From: Octopus vulgaris
Taxonomy: Eukaryota
Direction: 5' to 3'
Assembly (NCBI GenBank): GCA_951406725.2
Contig: OX597831.1
Coordinates: forward strand, 80,476,001-80,540,000
Length of the DNA stretch: 64,000 nt
In this document: piece after piece, positions 1 through 14,050 of the stretch
Layout of the letters: the number at the start of each line of letters is the position of its first letter
How positions within the stretch are numbered: position 1 is the stretch's first letter
Notes under the pieces: model-generated
Database searches by the model: none
What the model was told of the DNA's origin: nothing
The model's input: the letters and a program-made list of their open reading frames with translations, nothing else
Program-made: the position numbers and the translations under genes

Positions 1-417
1 TTATCAACCACATCATCATCATCATCATTACTATCACCATCACCCACTACCCTCTTCTATTAAATCCACCCTCGAAATACACTGCTGCTGCTGCTGCTGT
101 TCTTACCAGCGGCACCCATCGCTGGTTCTTCCCTCGACGAATATTCCATTATCGCCATCATCAACACCACGCCGCCATCTTCAACACACACACACACACA
201 CACACTTCAGCACTGCGAATACCATCACCACTACCACCGCCACCACCACCACCACCACCACCATCACCGCCATCTTCACTGTACACCACCTCACTCCACA
301 TCCAAACTACCCCCACCACCGCACGACCCAATTAGATAGGGGCAGAAACCCCGAACTACGGAGAAGCATATATGGTACACACACACTTATAGATATATAT
401 CAATATATGTGTATATA

Positions 418-472
<55 letters not shown>

Positions 473-474
473 GC

Positions 475-592
<118 letters not shown>

Positions 593-616
593 GTATGTAT
601 ATATATATATATATAT

Positions 617-691
<75 letters not shown>

Positions 692-1070
692 ATATGTATA
701 CGTATGTATGTATATATGTATATATATATATTTTTATATATATATATATATCCGTACATCTATGCGTGCATACACATACCTATACACGCCCCACAACTTG
801 TGTTCTAATAAAATCATCTGTTTGTACATCCACCCCTCCTTTCTCTACTTTGATTTGCTCACTCCCTCCTCCACACACACACGGACGTACGAACACACAC
901 ACATACACACGCACGCACACACACACACAAACGCGCACGCAGACGTATTCACACACATAGATGCATTCCTAAATACACACACGTACATATGTACCTACAT
1001 AAAAACACACTCATACATAGACCAACACACATTCATTCACCCTCACACATACACACACACACATTGAAAC

Positions 1071-1102
<32 letters not shown>

Positions 1103-1504
1103 GCACGCACCTACCCTCTTCTCTTCTCTAGTCTACACTAACATTCACACCTACCCGTTTTAGACCAACCCACTTTCTATACTGATTCATATCATATCTA
1201 CCCTTCCACCATAAACCAAATTATAAATGAACAATGAATAAAAAAAAAACGAAAATTTAAACCAATAACCTACTTCACAAAGAACGTACCCTTTCTCTTG
1301 CATCCACCCGAAAACACCCTTATTACACGATTGCTAAAAACGCTACGTTTAAAATACCACTCATCCTAAAGTGTTACCCGACAAAAGAAATAATGCCTTC
1401 GAAACATTCTAGCTACCCGAAATGACACAAGATTCCACCCTCTCCGTAATTCCACCCCGCATTCCAAGCACGTATACACTACCCCAATCTTTTTTAATTT
1501 TTTA

Positions 1505-1825
1505 TTTTATGTTAGTATCTGTCATTAGACTGCGGCCATGCTGGGGCACCGCCTTGAAGAATTTTTAGTGAATCGAATCTACCGCTATATTGCAGTGACG
1601 TAAACACGCCAACACCGGTTGTCAAGCGCAATGCGAGACAAGTACACACACACACGTTTATATAATTATATTCTTTTATTCTTTTACTGGTTTCTGTCAT
1701 TTTCACTGCGGTCATGCTGGAGCACCGCCTTAAAGGGTTTTTTTTTTTCCATTGTAAACCTAGTACTTATTCCAACGGGCTATATTGCTGAACCGCTAAG
1801 TTAAGGCGACATAAACACACTAACC
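1505..1825 (-). mobile_element. Two fragments of SINE family B (3' tail region)
   Basis: Reverse complement of the tail 'ggcggtgccccagcatggccgcagtc..tgactgaaac' at ~1520-1555 and ~1690-1730, plus 'aaccgctaagtta'; matches the fuller copy at 23880-24335. Confidence 0.75.
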
Positions 1826-1964
1826 GATGCAATCAATCTACCCCCCTAAATTCCTCCCCTTATAACACCGATTCATACTCTCGAATCTAGTCCCATTACA
1901 TAGCAATTAACTGATGAATGCAACGCCAATTAATTATTTAGCAGACATAATCTGTCGAAAACCC

Positions 1965-1994
<30 letters not shown>

Positions 1995-2007
<13 letters not shown>

Positions 2008-3076
2008 CTCAACTTGTGTGTCTGTGTGTGTATCTGTGTGTGTGTCTGTGTGTTTAACTTCCCGGCACATCTCCTCCTAGCCAACAAATCGTAGAACCAC
2101 CAAAAATGGGTCACTTAAAGTTTAGGCGAATGAAAATTGAACTGCGCTATTTCTGTTCCGAAATTCATCTCGCAAGTGCAAAAATCGATAATGTGTTTGT
2201 TTAGGCCTTATCCCATGCATTGAATAGTGAACTTTACTCAGTCAGCTGTTTGACGTGAACTGTGTTCACCACGCGTGCAAGCATGCGTAAATTGCATGAA
2301 AAATAAAAAATCAAGATATATAAAACGAATCGCCGTAAACATTGTAGAAATTCGGCAAAGAAATGAATTTTCGGGATGTAGCCTGGAGGGTTTTTTCGTA
2401 TTAATCGTTTGGACTTTGTGAACATATACCAATTGTTTTCATAACATTTTTAACGCTTTGAATTAAATGTTAAGTCTGCAGTTTGAATCACTTTAACCAA
2501 ATTTTAGCAGGCCGGATTTTTGATCATCACGATACATCGCTAGCGACTCCCTGAAACTCTCCCCTGAAATCCCCGTTGAGAAATCTATCTATATATATAA
2601 AACTCAACTTGTGTGTCTGTGTGTGTATCTGTGCGTGTATCTGTGTGTTTAACTTTTGGATCTACCAAGTTTCATTATTAAGGATGGAAAGTCGTGTGTA
2701 GCAAATCTATATATATAAAGCTGAAGTTGTCTGTGTGTGGCAGGTTTGGTAGCCTTCAACTAATACTTATCTCCTTCGAGACCCTGCAGTGCAAGTTGAC
2801 CAAAATTGAGAGAATGATAGAAGAAGGTTTGCTCTTCATTCTGTAGAAAATAATTATTCAAATCGGACCATGTTCACACCAAAAATTATTTACATCAAAA
2901 AGGTGCTTTTTTTCTATGAAAATCCCTATTTTTTAAGATTTTTGACTACTGTGTCACCATTTTTCGGTGTATTTCAACTGGAAAATAACAAGTTGCATAA
3001 TGCAAAATTTTTACTTTTCAAAAATTCCAATTCTAAAGGGTCGAAACAAGCCCAAGCAACACCGGGTGATACTGCT

Positions 3077-3080
<4 letters not shown>
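1995..3080 (+). mobile_element. Tandem non-autonomous Helitron-like elements
   Basis: Three heads of the form (TC)TATATATATAA..(gtgtct)n at ~2000, ~2590 and ~2707. The last ends 'gcaacaccgggtgatactgctaa' (~3056-3078), a GC-rich subterminal segment plus a decayed CTAG, typical of Helitron 3' ends. Confidence 0.6.
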
Positions 3081-3125
<45 letters not shown>

Positions 3126-3176
3126 ATGTATATATATATATATATAAATATATATATGTATATATATATATACATA

Positions 3177-3212
<36 letters not shown>

Positions 3213-3214
<2 letters not shown>

Positions 3215-3420
3215 ATCAAAATAAGCGACAGGATATCAAATTGTAATTCAGTACGACCGTTTCAATCGGCTCCATTTAATTGAACAAAGCAATCATTGCA
3301 TCAATTTAAATATTGCGCTGTCTTTAACTGCACAAAATATAGAATTTTTTAACAAGTAGAACTCATAAATATAATTTTTCCTAAATAATTTAACAAAGAA
3401 GCTGGAAATAGTCGTACTAC
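3213..3420 (-). mobile_element. Penelope-like pseudo-LTR remnant with decayed hammerhead motif (3249-3330)
   Basis: Abuts (TA)n with 'aatcaaaataagc', as at 45894. Minus strand reads cag-TTAAAGA..long hairpin..GAAA-cggtcg-TA-ctg, i.e. a mutated CUGAAGA core. Confidence 0.6.
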
Positions 3421-3469
3421 ATTACTACTTGATATGCTGTTGCTTATTTTGATTTTAATCAACTTAGTT

Positions 3470-3698
3470 CGATCTCTGCTCCAGTTCACTCAGCTGTAGA
3501 AATGAGTTGCGACGTCACAGGTGCCAAACTGTTTCGGCCTTTGCCTTTCCCTTGGGAAACATCGGTGGCGTGAAAAAGAGAGACCGGTATGCATGGGTGA
3601 CTGGTGGTCATCCATAAACACACTCGCCCGGATTTGTGCCTCGGAGGGTAACTTTCTGGCTGCAATCTCATGGTCATTCGTGACCGAAAGGAGTCCTT
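3470..3698 (+). mobile_element. 3' part of a SINE (CORE-like family)
   Basis: 'ctccagttcactcagctgtagaaatgagt' resembles SINE central-domain sequence; ends in a small hairpin 'ggtcattcgtgacc' before a microsatellite. Confidence 0.45.
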
Positions 3699-3700
3699 AC

Positions 3701-3775
<75 letters not shown>

Positions 3776-3887
3776 TGAGTGTGGGCGTGTGTACAATCAA
3801 TAATATGTACGAAGAAAATTATATCTTTATTTTAGATAGCACCTAAAAAATGCAACAATTGTTTCAATAGCATTAACATATACACAC

Positions 3888-3985
<98 letters not shown>

Positions 3986-3989
3986 CGTA

Positions 3990-4359
3990 ATAATAATTAA
4001 AATTAATAATAAAATATACGAAAATTTGTCAGCACAACATTATCAAGTTAATCCAATTTGGAGAGAAAATAGTTGAATAGCTGAAAAAAATTTAGTTGCT
4101 AAAAAACGCTAACAAAAAGATTTCAAATTGTCAAAAAATATGGAATTAGTATGCTACGTTATATTTTATATTTATTTTTATAAACTTATTTATTCAATGA
4201 CGTCGCCCTAGGGTTGAATGAATGGATGTCTAAAGTTCAATTTGGTTTGCTGGTTCTGTTGGCGTTTTTTAACAGCTAAAATTTCTCCAATTCGGATTAC
4301 CTTCATAACGTTGTGCTGACATAAATTTTCGCACATATTATTATAAATTTTACTAATAT

Positions 4360-4360
<1 letters not shown>
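3990..4360. mobile_element. Fold-back/MITE-like element with long imperfect inverted arms
   Basis: 'cgaaaatttgtcagcacaacattat..aatccaatttggaga' pairs with 'tctccaattcggatt..ataacgttgtgctgacataaattttcg'; flanked by microsatellites. Confidence 0.6.
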
Positions 4361-4393
<33 letters not shown>

Positions 4394-4409
4394 AATATAT
4401 ATATTTATA

Positions 4410-4665
4410 TCCGTTTTTCCGTCCTTGCTTCGTATACATTCGATCCTTTATCCATGGAATATAATGCTCTTAGCTTAGTTTTTCCTTGGGGCTGGCCAGA
4501 TTGGAGCAATCTCAAGATTAATCAGCCGAAATTGCGAGGAAGATCCGGTTCTTGACTGAAGATTAAAGGCTTCGAATGACCCGTCCGTGTTTTTTGTATC
4601 GTCTATCTGGATGTTTTGTTGTCCCTTTTTGTATCACCTAGCTGTACGGATGTTTTGCGTTTTGT
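4410..4665 (+). repeat. Interspersed repeat (probable Penelope pLTR-derived family)
   Basis: Same sequence recurs at 25520-25790 (+), diverged at 25130-25330 (+), and reversed at 57030-57180. Copies end at (TA)n and contain a CTGA(A/G)GA...GAA motif. Confidence 0.6.
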
Positions 4666-4704
4666 ATATATATATATAGCAGCAAAAATATAACAAAAAC
4701 TGTT

Positions 4705-4876
4705 ACGTTGTGAGTTCAAATTCCGCCGATATCGACTTTGCCTTTCATCCTTTCGGGGTCGATAAATTAAGTACCAGTTACGCACTGGGGTCGATGTAAT
4801 CGACTTAATACCTATGTCTGTCCTTGTTTGTCCCCTCGGTGTTTAGCCCCTTGTGGGTAATAGAGAAATAGGTATT
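4705..4876 (+). mobile_element. SINE family A, 5'-truncated
   Basis: B-box-like 'gagttcaaattcc' followed by 'tcgactttgcctttcatcctttcggggtcgataaattaagtaccag'. Confidence 0.85.
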
Positions 4877-5150
4877 AACATTCAAAACTCTTATTTAAAT
4901 TGCCAAAATATACTGATAATAACTGACTGTTATTTCCAGCAGGTAGACATACTTAGTATGGCCTTTGATTAATTTTAATCCTTCAGCTATTTAATGCTTG
5001 GGGCGGGGGGCTGCAATCGCCTATATTATTGATTCTGTTATTATCCTTTTTAATTGTTACACTACATAATAACAGAGTCAATAATATCTTTGCAAATATT
5101 TTCTCCCGAATTATTTGCTCCGTATTGAAATTATATACATATGTATGTAA

Positions 5151-5373
5151 GGCGGCGAGCTGGCAGAAACGTTAGCACGCCGGGCGAAATGTGTAGCCGT
5201 GTTTCGTCTGTCGTTATGTTCCGAGTTCAAATTCCGCCGAGGTCGACTTTGCCTTTCGAGGTCGATAAATTAAGTACCAGTTATGCACTGGGGTCGATGT
5301 AATCGACTTAATCCGTTTGCCTGTCCTTGTTTGTCCCCTCTATGTTTAGCCCTTTGTGGGTAGAAAAGAAATA
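5151..5373 (+). mobile_element. SINE family A (tRNA-derived), near full length
   Basis: A box 'tggcagaaacgttag', B box 'gagttcaaattcc', and a central domain resembling that of Meta/Sauria-type SINEs. Many copies in the window. Confidence 0.85.
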
Positions 5374-6867
5374 TATATATATACATATGTATGTATATGT
5401 TAATGGAATTAAAATAATTGTTGGATTTTTAAGGAGCCATCCAAAATAAAGATATGATTGTCTTGGTACATATTAATTGCTAATATTCTTGATTTCTTAA
5501 AATTCTGCATAAAGATTGTTTGATTTACCTGTCATACAAGAGGATTTACCTGGGATTCGTATTCTGCATACATTTACTGGTATCAACTTGTTGGAATTTT
5601 AACCTTATTCCTGAGTGTTCACTTGATAGTTGCCAGGAATTTTTAAAAGTAGACAGAGACATTTCTATTGAATAGACAACTGTCTGGTCGTCAGCAGTTC
5701 GAGTTGTTAAGCAGTTCACTGCGATCCGTTGATATGGAGCGGTGAGTCTCTTGTAATATTAATAGCAGTGTAAATTCTTTCTTTCCCTGCCTACTTCGTT
5801 ATCTACTATAATAATACTCTTGTGTTTTTCTCCGTCGTAACACATGAATAAGAAATGAAGAGGTTATAGACGAATAAGGAAGGAAGAGGTGATGGCAAAC
5901 TAGTTGTTGGAGGCTGGAAATTCTACGGGGGAAATAGACAAACAGCTTTTCAACTCTGTGTGAGTATATGTGTGTTTATAAAGGGGAGGCATATGAATGT
6001 GAATGTGTGTATGTGTGCAATAGAAGTAGGATGGTGAACATTTAAAGCTGAAAAGAAAACTCAGACAGCGTTTCAACTTTGTGTAAGTATATGTGTGTAT
6101 GTGTGTGCGCGTACGAAGGAAGAATGTGAATGTATGTGTGAACCAGCGTTCTTTCAGTCACAAACGATGATCGATGTCACATCTCAAAAGACAACCACTA
6201 AATAACCTTGTATTCATTAATTTGAATTACCATCCATATACTATATGTTGTGTTACAAATAATTACTACACACACACACATCTACACAAACATATACAAA
6301 CTCATTAGAGGAAATAATTATCGCCTGAGCGTATCAAGAATATAAAACGACCGCAGTTGAAAGGTATTTTATAAATTTGGTAATAAAATAATTATTAAAC
6401 TAAAAACTTGGTCTTGTACCTTATTTATATATAAAATACTACAATTAACAGTCGTTTTTTATGGCATGGAGCCAACTAGTATTATATATCCAACATACAA
6501 GGATATAAATCTCTAGTCCACAGAAAGTGATGATCATGTAGCCAAAACGACCTTTCTGTCATGAGTGTTGCAACAAAACGTTTCGCTTTTTTTAGTCCAA
6601 TATGGATATTTTAGGATTATTTTCAACTTGACCAAGCAAAGCTGGCAACATCCACTATCATTCATGTATGGCCCATGTGTTTCCAGCAGTCTCCATCGGA
6701 TTTTGCACGGCGTTCCTTCCTCTTTTAATCACCATATACCGCTGGTTACTGCCATGAAGCTGCACCTCTCTTGGACTTTAAAAGTGAACCTTTGGTTATT
6801 TAACCTGTCCTTAAAGAAGCCCTCAATTATACAATCTTATTTCTGTGTGGACCTCCGTTGTTATTGT

Positions 6868-6899
<32 letters not shown>

Positions 6900-7361
6900 T
6901 TGTTGGACATCGCCACCTCTGTTTCGTAGATCACGGCCTCAGTGTTGCATCGACCACTCACTGGGTTCCCTCTGTTCACCCAACTCGGGAATCCTATCTC
7001 TGACCAGGGTCTACGTGATGTTCCCTAGCATTTTTATTAAAATAGGAGCACAGCGAAATGAGACCATTGAGTTATGTATATTGACTAATGTCCCATACCA
7101 GTGGCGGGTGGGGGACTGTGTGAAACGCTTATACAGTAATCTAAGAATAACAGGTCCCGTGCAGATTTCTCAGGTCGAGTAATGAAGGTAGGGCAAACTA
7201 GAGGAATTTATAGGGGTATTTTCTCCTATAAGTGTTAGTGGCATATATGCATGTGAAGCGATCTTTAAACATGCAGATAGGTCAGATCCTCGTTATCACA
7301 GGGGACCTGCTGCGACAGCAACAGCTTTATTCGAACATACCCTCCAATGCATATATATATA

Positions 7362-7465
7362 TATATTTCGTTTTTGGATTTGGTTTGCAAGATTCTTTAT
7401 ATGAGTTCGTGTGTTGAAGCATATTCTGTTGTGTCTGGGGAGAGTCATTTTCTTTTTGTGCCTTA
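7362..7465. repeat. Single arm of the fold-back repeat seen at 10975-11225
   Basis: Reverse complement of 11122-11225. Confidence 0.75.
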
Positions 7466-7706
7466 CATATATATAAATATATATATTAATATATATATTT
7501 ATATATTGCTTGAGCTACGTCACACCATGTTTCTTTTTATTTTTTTCTGTGCTTTTTTTTCTTTATATATATATATATATATAAAACTTTTTTTACAATT
7601 CATTTCTTGGAAACTGAATAGGATTTCATAACACGCATGCAAAATTACATCAGTGTAGAATTTTCTTGAAAAAGTTCAATTTGTATATAGATAGATAGAT
7701 AGATAT

Positions 7707-7784
<78 letters not shown>

Positions 7785-8475
7785 GTAGATAAAGATATAC
7801 ATACGTACATATATATACATACATATATATGTATATATACACGCATATATTTATATCTATCTATCAATATATATATAAATATGCATGCAAATATAAACGT
7901 CTATATAAATATGTATATATAAATATGCATGCAAATATAAACGTCTATATAAATATGTTTGTGTATATATATATATATATTTCTCCCCTACCTACTTCTA
8001 TAAAAATAAAATCTCTTTTGTCTCCGTTCAACTGAATATCCTTCCCCACCTTCTAGCAGTTCAAAATAACATACAGAATATTCTTCAGATAAATTCTATT
8101 ACCTTAATGTTCTTAAAATTCAAATCAACATCTCTGTCTATATATCTACCCTCTTTGTAATGTCATCAATTAATATGAAAATATGTATTAATGGAAAACC
8201 TCTATAAATGGCTGATGATTGCTCAACATTTTAAAACTGTTGTAATACTTACAATGTTTAATAAAATGATAGTATATATACACATAGATATGTACATACA
8301 CACACGCATGTCTACAAACATACATGCACACACATATGCAGACTTACACACCATGCATTTTATATACCTACATATTATATCATTATATATACATACGTTA
8401 TATAATTATACGCATATTGTTACAATTATTATTATCCTTGTTATTATTATTGTTGTTGTTGTTGTTGATGTTGTC

Positions 8476-8519
<44 letters not shown>

Positions 8520-8583
8520 CAATATCATTATTATTATTATTATCATCATTATTATTATTATTATCAATATCATTATTATTATT

Positions 8584-8693
<110 letters not shown>

Positions 8694-8808
8694 CACAGCT
8701 CATTAAATATTTAATTCAGTACCTCCATTCAACATTATAAGAATTGTATACATATGTAATAGTAATGTCTATCTTTCTTACACACACATATATACAGTAC
8801 AACCATAT

Positions 8809-8878
<70 letters not shown>

Positions 8879-9021
8879 TGTATGTACGTATGTATATATA
8901 TATGTATATATGTATATGTATGTATGTATATCATATACATACAAACTTTTGAAGATATATATATATATTTGTAATTACACGCATATTACCAGTATATAAA
9001 GTAAATATATGTATATATGTT

Positions 9022-9062
<41 letters not shown>

Positions 9063-9080
9063 TATATATATTATACACGC

Positions 9081-9140
<60 letters not shown>

Positions 9141-9321
9141 TATGTTACGCTTCATAAAATTGCTCAGCAGACCGTTATGCAAGAAGTGTGTAGAGTCCGA
9201 TATACGTCTGCGATTTGCTAAGGTAAACAGGATTTGCTTAACGTCCGGATATGTAATGAAGTCTCCCTAACAAATGACAAACATACATAGATATATATGT
9301 ATATATATATATATATAAATG

Positions 9322-9429
<108 letters not shown>

Positions 9430-9525
9430 TGACATGTGTAGACGTACGTAATCACAGACACAGATTACATATTAACGCACATGCGCACGAGCACACTTGC
9501 ACGCGCGCGCGCACACATCACTCAT

Positions 9526-9592
<67 letters not shown>

Positions 9593-10974
9593 ATAACATA
9601 TATATATATATACACATAAGTAATATATATATGCATATACATATGGATATATTATATACACACACATACATACATATATATATATATATATAAGAATGTA
9701 TGCATGTATATATACTAGTATATGCGCGCTCTTACATCCTATATACATATTCGCGCGTTTCCGCTTGTTTGTCTGCGCACGTGAGCACGTGGGCGTGTAT
9801 TGGATGTTAAATGCAGGCCTGTGCGGATATGGATGCGTGTGTAGGTGTGTTTGTGCGTGTGTGTGTATGTGTGTGTATGTACATATATACATACACATAC
9901 ATACCGACATACATATACACGAACATATATATACAGATATGCGTACATGTATACCCATATGCGTACATAGACACATACAGACATGTATACATTCAAATAC
10001 ACACACATACATGGATACATGCATGCATGCATACATACGTACGTACACACATGCATACATACATAGATATATATACGTACGTACACGCACACACATACAT
10101 ACATCTATCCATACATACATACATCCATACATTCATGCATACATGCATACATACACACATAGGTACGTACGTACACACACACACATAATACATACATGCA
10201 TGCATACATGCATACATGCATGAATGCATACATATATGCATACGTAGATACATGCATATATACATACATGCATATATACATACATACATACATGCATACA
10301 TACATGCATACATACATACATACATACATACATACATACATACATGCATACATACATGCATACATACATGCATACATGCATACGTGCCTACGTGCAAGCA
10401 TACATGCATACATACATACATACATACAATACATACATACATACATACATACATACATACATACATACATGCATACATACATGCATACATACATGCATAC
10501 ATGCATACGTGCCTACGTGCAAGCATACATGCATACATACATGCATACATGCATACATGCATACACACATGCGTACACACACACACACATACATGCACAT
10601 ACATGCATAAACGGATATGTACGTGTATGGAGACTGTTACTAGCCATATAAAGTGTGTATAATATCTCGAAACAAAAATTAAAACTTAAACATTCTAATA
10701 CTGTAAGCAACCTATGACGGAAGTCTTTATCTGCTAATTGCACGGATAACCTCTCACGATTTATCCTTTATACTGCATATTGAAGACTCTAAACCTTAGG
10801 CATTCGTCCTCACAGACATAGGTCTGCGAGGATGCGGGACAAACTATATCTCTGAGTAACAGGCTTTCAAAATAAAAGAAAAGGTAAATAAACAGCTTCA
10901 AGGCGGTGCCCCAGCATGACCGCAGTCTCATGACTAAAACAATTAATTAAACATATATATATATATCAAAGTCT

Positions 10975-11225
10975 ATTGTGTCTGGGGAGATTCATTTTCT
11001 TTTTGTGCCTTATAATTTAACACACTCACCGGTAAAATTTCCACTTATTTCTTATTTTTATTCTTAAAATAATACAAAATAAGAAAAAAGTGGAAATTTT
11101 ACCGGTGAGTGTGTTAAATAATAAGGCACCAAAAGAGAATGACTCTCTCCAGACGCAACAGAATATGCTTCAACACATGAACTCACATAAAGAATCTTGT
11201 AAACCAAATCCCAAAACGAAATGTA
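10975..11225. repeat. Long near-perfect palindrome (fold-back element)
   Basis: 'tgtctggggag..gtgccttataatttaacacactcaccggtaaaatttccact' is mirrored by 'agtggaaattttaccggtgagtgtgttaaataataaggcac..ctctccagac'. Confidence 0.85.
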
Positions 11226-11231
11226 TATATT

Positions 11232-11275
<44 letters not shown>

Positions 11276-11306
11276 CGTGCGTGCGTGTGTGTGTGTATAA
11301 ATTCCT

Positions 11307-11417
11307 AATTATAATAGAGGATGCACGAGCACCAGTCTGCTAGAAAGTGGAGTCAAAATCCACAACTTATCCACCAATCTCACGGGCTGGTGCTTCGTGT
11401 GCTCCCTATTATAATTA
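11307..11417. mobile_element. Small MITE-like hairpin element
   Basis: Inverted ends 'aattataatagaggatgcacgagcaccag' and 'ctggtgcttcgtgtgctccctattataatt'. Confidence 0.6.
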
Positions 11418-11506
11418 TGAATTTATTGTAGACCTGTTCAATGCTAATATCGCTTGCTACCACTAATATTAGTGTTGAAATTATTATCAATTATTTAGAT
11501 TTTCCG

Positions 11507-11606
<100 letters not shown>

Positions 11607-11607
11607 T

Positions 11608-11775
11608 CCCACAACTGACCGAGCTCCTAGACATCAACCCACCAACCAAGACTGAGATCACCAACAGGCCCCAATGCGATACCACCTGAAGCATTGAAGG
11701 TAGACATTCAGACTTCAACTGAGTTGCTGCATCCTCTCCTGAAAAAGATCTGGGAACCGGAGAGAGAAGACTGGG
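11608..11775 (+). mobile_element. Degenerate RTE-clade LINE fragment (EN-RT linker)
   Basis: Across frameshifts it reads ..NPPTKTEI..GPNAIPPEALKVDIQTSTELLHPLLKKIWE.., the G(P/S)D.I..E.LK region preceding RTE-type RT. Confidence 0.55.
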
Positions 11776-12230
11776 AAACTGAGCAAGTATAAATATCTTG
11801 AAATAGAAATCAGCAAAATGTGGAAGCTGAAGACTAAAACTATACCTGTTGTCATAGGTGCCCTGGGAATGATAGCGAAAGGGACTGATTGCTACCTAAC
11901 TCAGATACCAGGAAACCCCAAAATGGCAGAAATTCAAAAGATAGTGCTCATGGGAACTGCTCATATCCTACGCAAAATACTCTCTATGTAATCCCAAGGT
12001 TTAAAACAAACTCTTTTGTTTATTTATTTTAATTTTTTTTTATTTGTTTTTTTTTGTTTTTTTTAAATTTATTTATTTATTTTTATGTATTAGACATTCA
12101 CTAGTACAACACCAAAAAAAAAAAAAAACCCCAAATATATGGCACAGAACTTCCAACCTGTTGTCTCTTGAGGTCTCTGGGTGAGACTTGGAGCCAACTT
12201 GTACAGACATAAAACAAAAGTCAAACATAG
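11776..12230 (+). mobile_element. 3' end of R4/Dong-type RLE LINE (family 2)
   Basis: KLSKYKYLEIEISKMWKLKTKTIPVVIGALGMI..QKIVLMGTAHILRKILSM*, homologous to the C-terminus of 40766-42262; 3' UTR ends in (TAA)n. Confidence 0.85.
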
Positions 12231-12300
<70 letters not shown>

Positions 12301-12303
<3 letters not shown>

Positions 12304-12867
12304 GCCCTGATGCAGTACCAGGCAGTGGCTCTCATGGCTTCTGATCTCAACTGATTGGAAGTGTTATCATGTACATTGTTTTGTCTTGGTATAAAAGATG
12401 GGCTATAGCAAATATTCTGCTCAATACCACAGATTTGCTTGTCAGTTGTCTGACCTTAATCAGTTGACCATGTCCCTTAGTGGCTGACGATATGTGCATC
12501 TCTGATCACGAGCAGAAGTAGCGGGGGAGCATCATAGCTGTGTGTTGCTGAGAGGGATTCTTTGGGGTTTGAATAATTCACCTCTGGAAACATGGGTGTT
12601 CCGTTCAACATCCTTAAACAACATTTATTCAGGGATCTTTTGAGTGAGACGGGCTACTTGACCTGAAGAAAATTCTGACAGGACCCTCCCCCACCTCTGC
12701 AAGGGCATGCGCTGTTAATCTTGATACGAGACCACCATGTCATGCACACATACTTGTGATGTATGTGCCTAGTGTACCCTTATCAGATGGGTAGTCATGG
12801 TTGGTATACTGGGCTTCGTATATTATACCCCGGTGTCACTTTGATGGCATGCACTGCTCTCTCACTC
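12301..12867. mobile_element. ~570-bp non-coding element flanked by (TAA)n, copy 1
   Basis: 'aaatgccctgatgcagtacc...gcactgctctctcactc'; closely similar copies at 36041-37828; no long ORF. Confidence 0.85.
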
Positions 12868-12954
12868 AATTATAATAATGATAATAATAATATCTTTACG
12901 AGTATTCATTTGAATATTCACTCATGTTATATATGTGTGTGTATATCATATATA

Positions 12955-13020
<66 letters not shown>

Positions 13021-13297
13021 GTGTGTATTTTTTTTTAGTTTCAGCTCAGAGCTACGGTCATGCTGATGCGCCGCCATTCATATTATATATGTATGTGTGT
13101 GTGTGTGTGTGTGTATGTATATATATATATATATATACACACACAGGTGAGCGCATAAATGCAAAATGTATGTATGTGTTTGTATGCATAGAGAGAGAGA
13201 GGGGGCTAATAAGAAAGAAAGAAAGAATGAGAAAATACAAGATGTTTGAGAGAGAGAGGCAAAGTGAGGCAAAGTGAGGCAAAGTGAGACAAAGTAA

Positions 13298-13332
<35 letters not shown>

Positions 13333-13720
13333 GGGAGAGAGAGAGAAAGAAAGGAAAAGAAGTTTAGTGAGAAGTAAAATTGCGAAGAGGGAAGGAGTGT
13401 TAGAACGAGAAAGAGAGATAGTTAGAGAGGGAGGGGGGAGAGAGAAAGAAAAGGGAAAGTATGGAAGATACAGTGGCAAGATATAAAGAAGGTGGGAGAC
13501 AAGGAGGTAGAGAGAGTTAGGGAGAGAGGGGGAGAAAAAGAGTGAGTGGGAGTTAGAAATATCAAGAGAGTACAGAAGGAGGCGGGAAGAGTGGGAGGGA
13601 CAGGAAGAGGAGTAGGGAAGAAAGAGCTCCAGAGAAAGACAGCTTGAGATAAAGAGAGAGAGAGAGGGATTAAGAGAGAGAGAGAGATAAATAGATAGAT
13701 AGACAGACAGACAGCAAGAC

Positions 13721-13841
<121 letters not shown>

Positions 13842-13980
13842 AGATAGATAGATAGATAGATAAAGATAGATAGATAGATAAAGATAGATAGATAGATAAA
13901 GATAGATAGATAGATAGAGAGAGAGAGAGGGGGGGGAGAGGGAGAGATAAATAGATAGATAGATAGACAGACAGCAAGAC

Positions 13981-14050
<70 letters not shown>

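Noticed and set aside
1911-1965. CTGATGA...GAAA near 1912 (also CTGATGA at ~35337 and on the minus strand at ~31950)
   Set aside because: Stem II, stem III and cleavage site could not be paired.
6565-7182. 205-aa ORF with poly-Cys
   Set aside because: GTG start, no recognisable motif, poly-Cys comes from (TGC)n; likely a chance ORF in old repeat debris.
10330-10560. Regularly spaced repeats with spacers (also 13683/13943, 7880-7960, 5935-6140) suggesting a CRISPR-like array
   Set aside because: Two-copy local duplications within microsatellites in a eukaryotic context; no unique spacers and no cas genes.
12484-12530. CTGACGA...GAAG in the 570-bp element as a hammerhead
   Set aside because: No GAAA and no consistent stems I/III with an NUH site.
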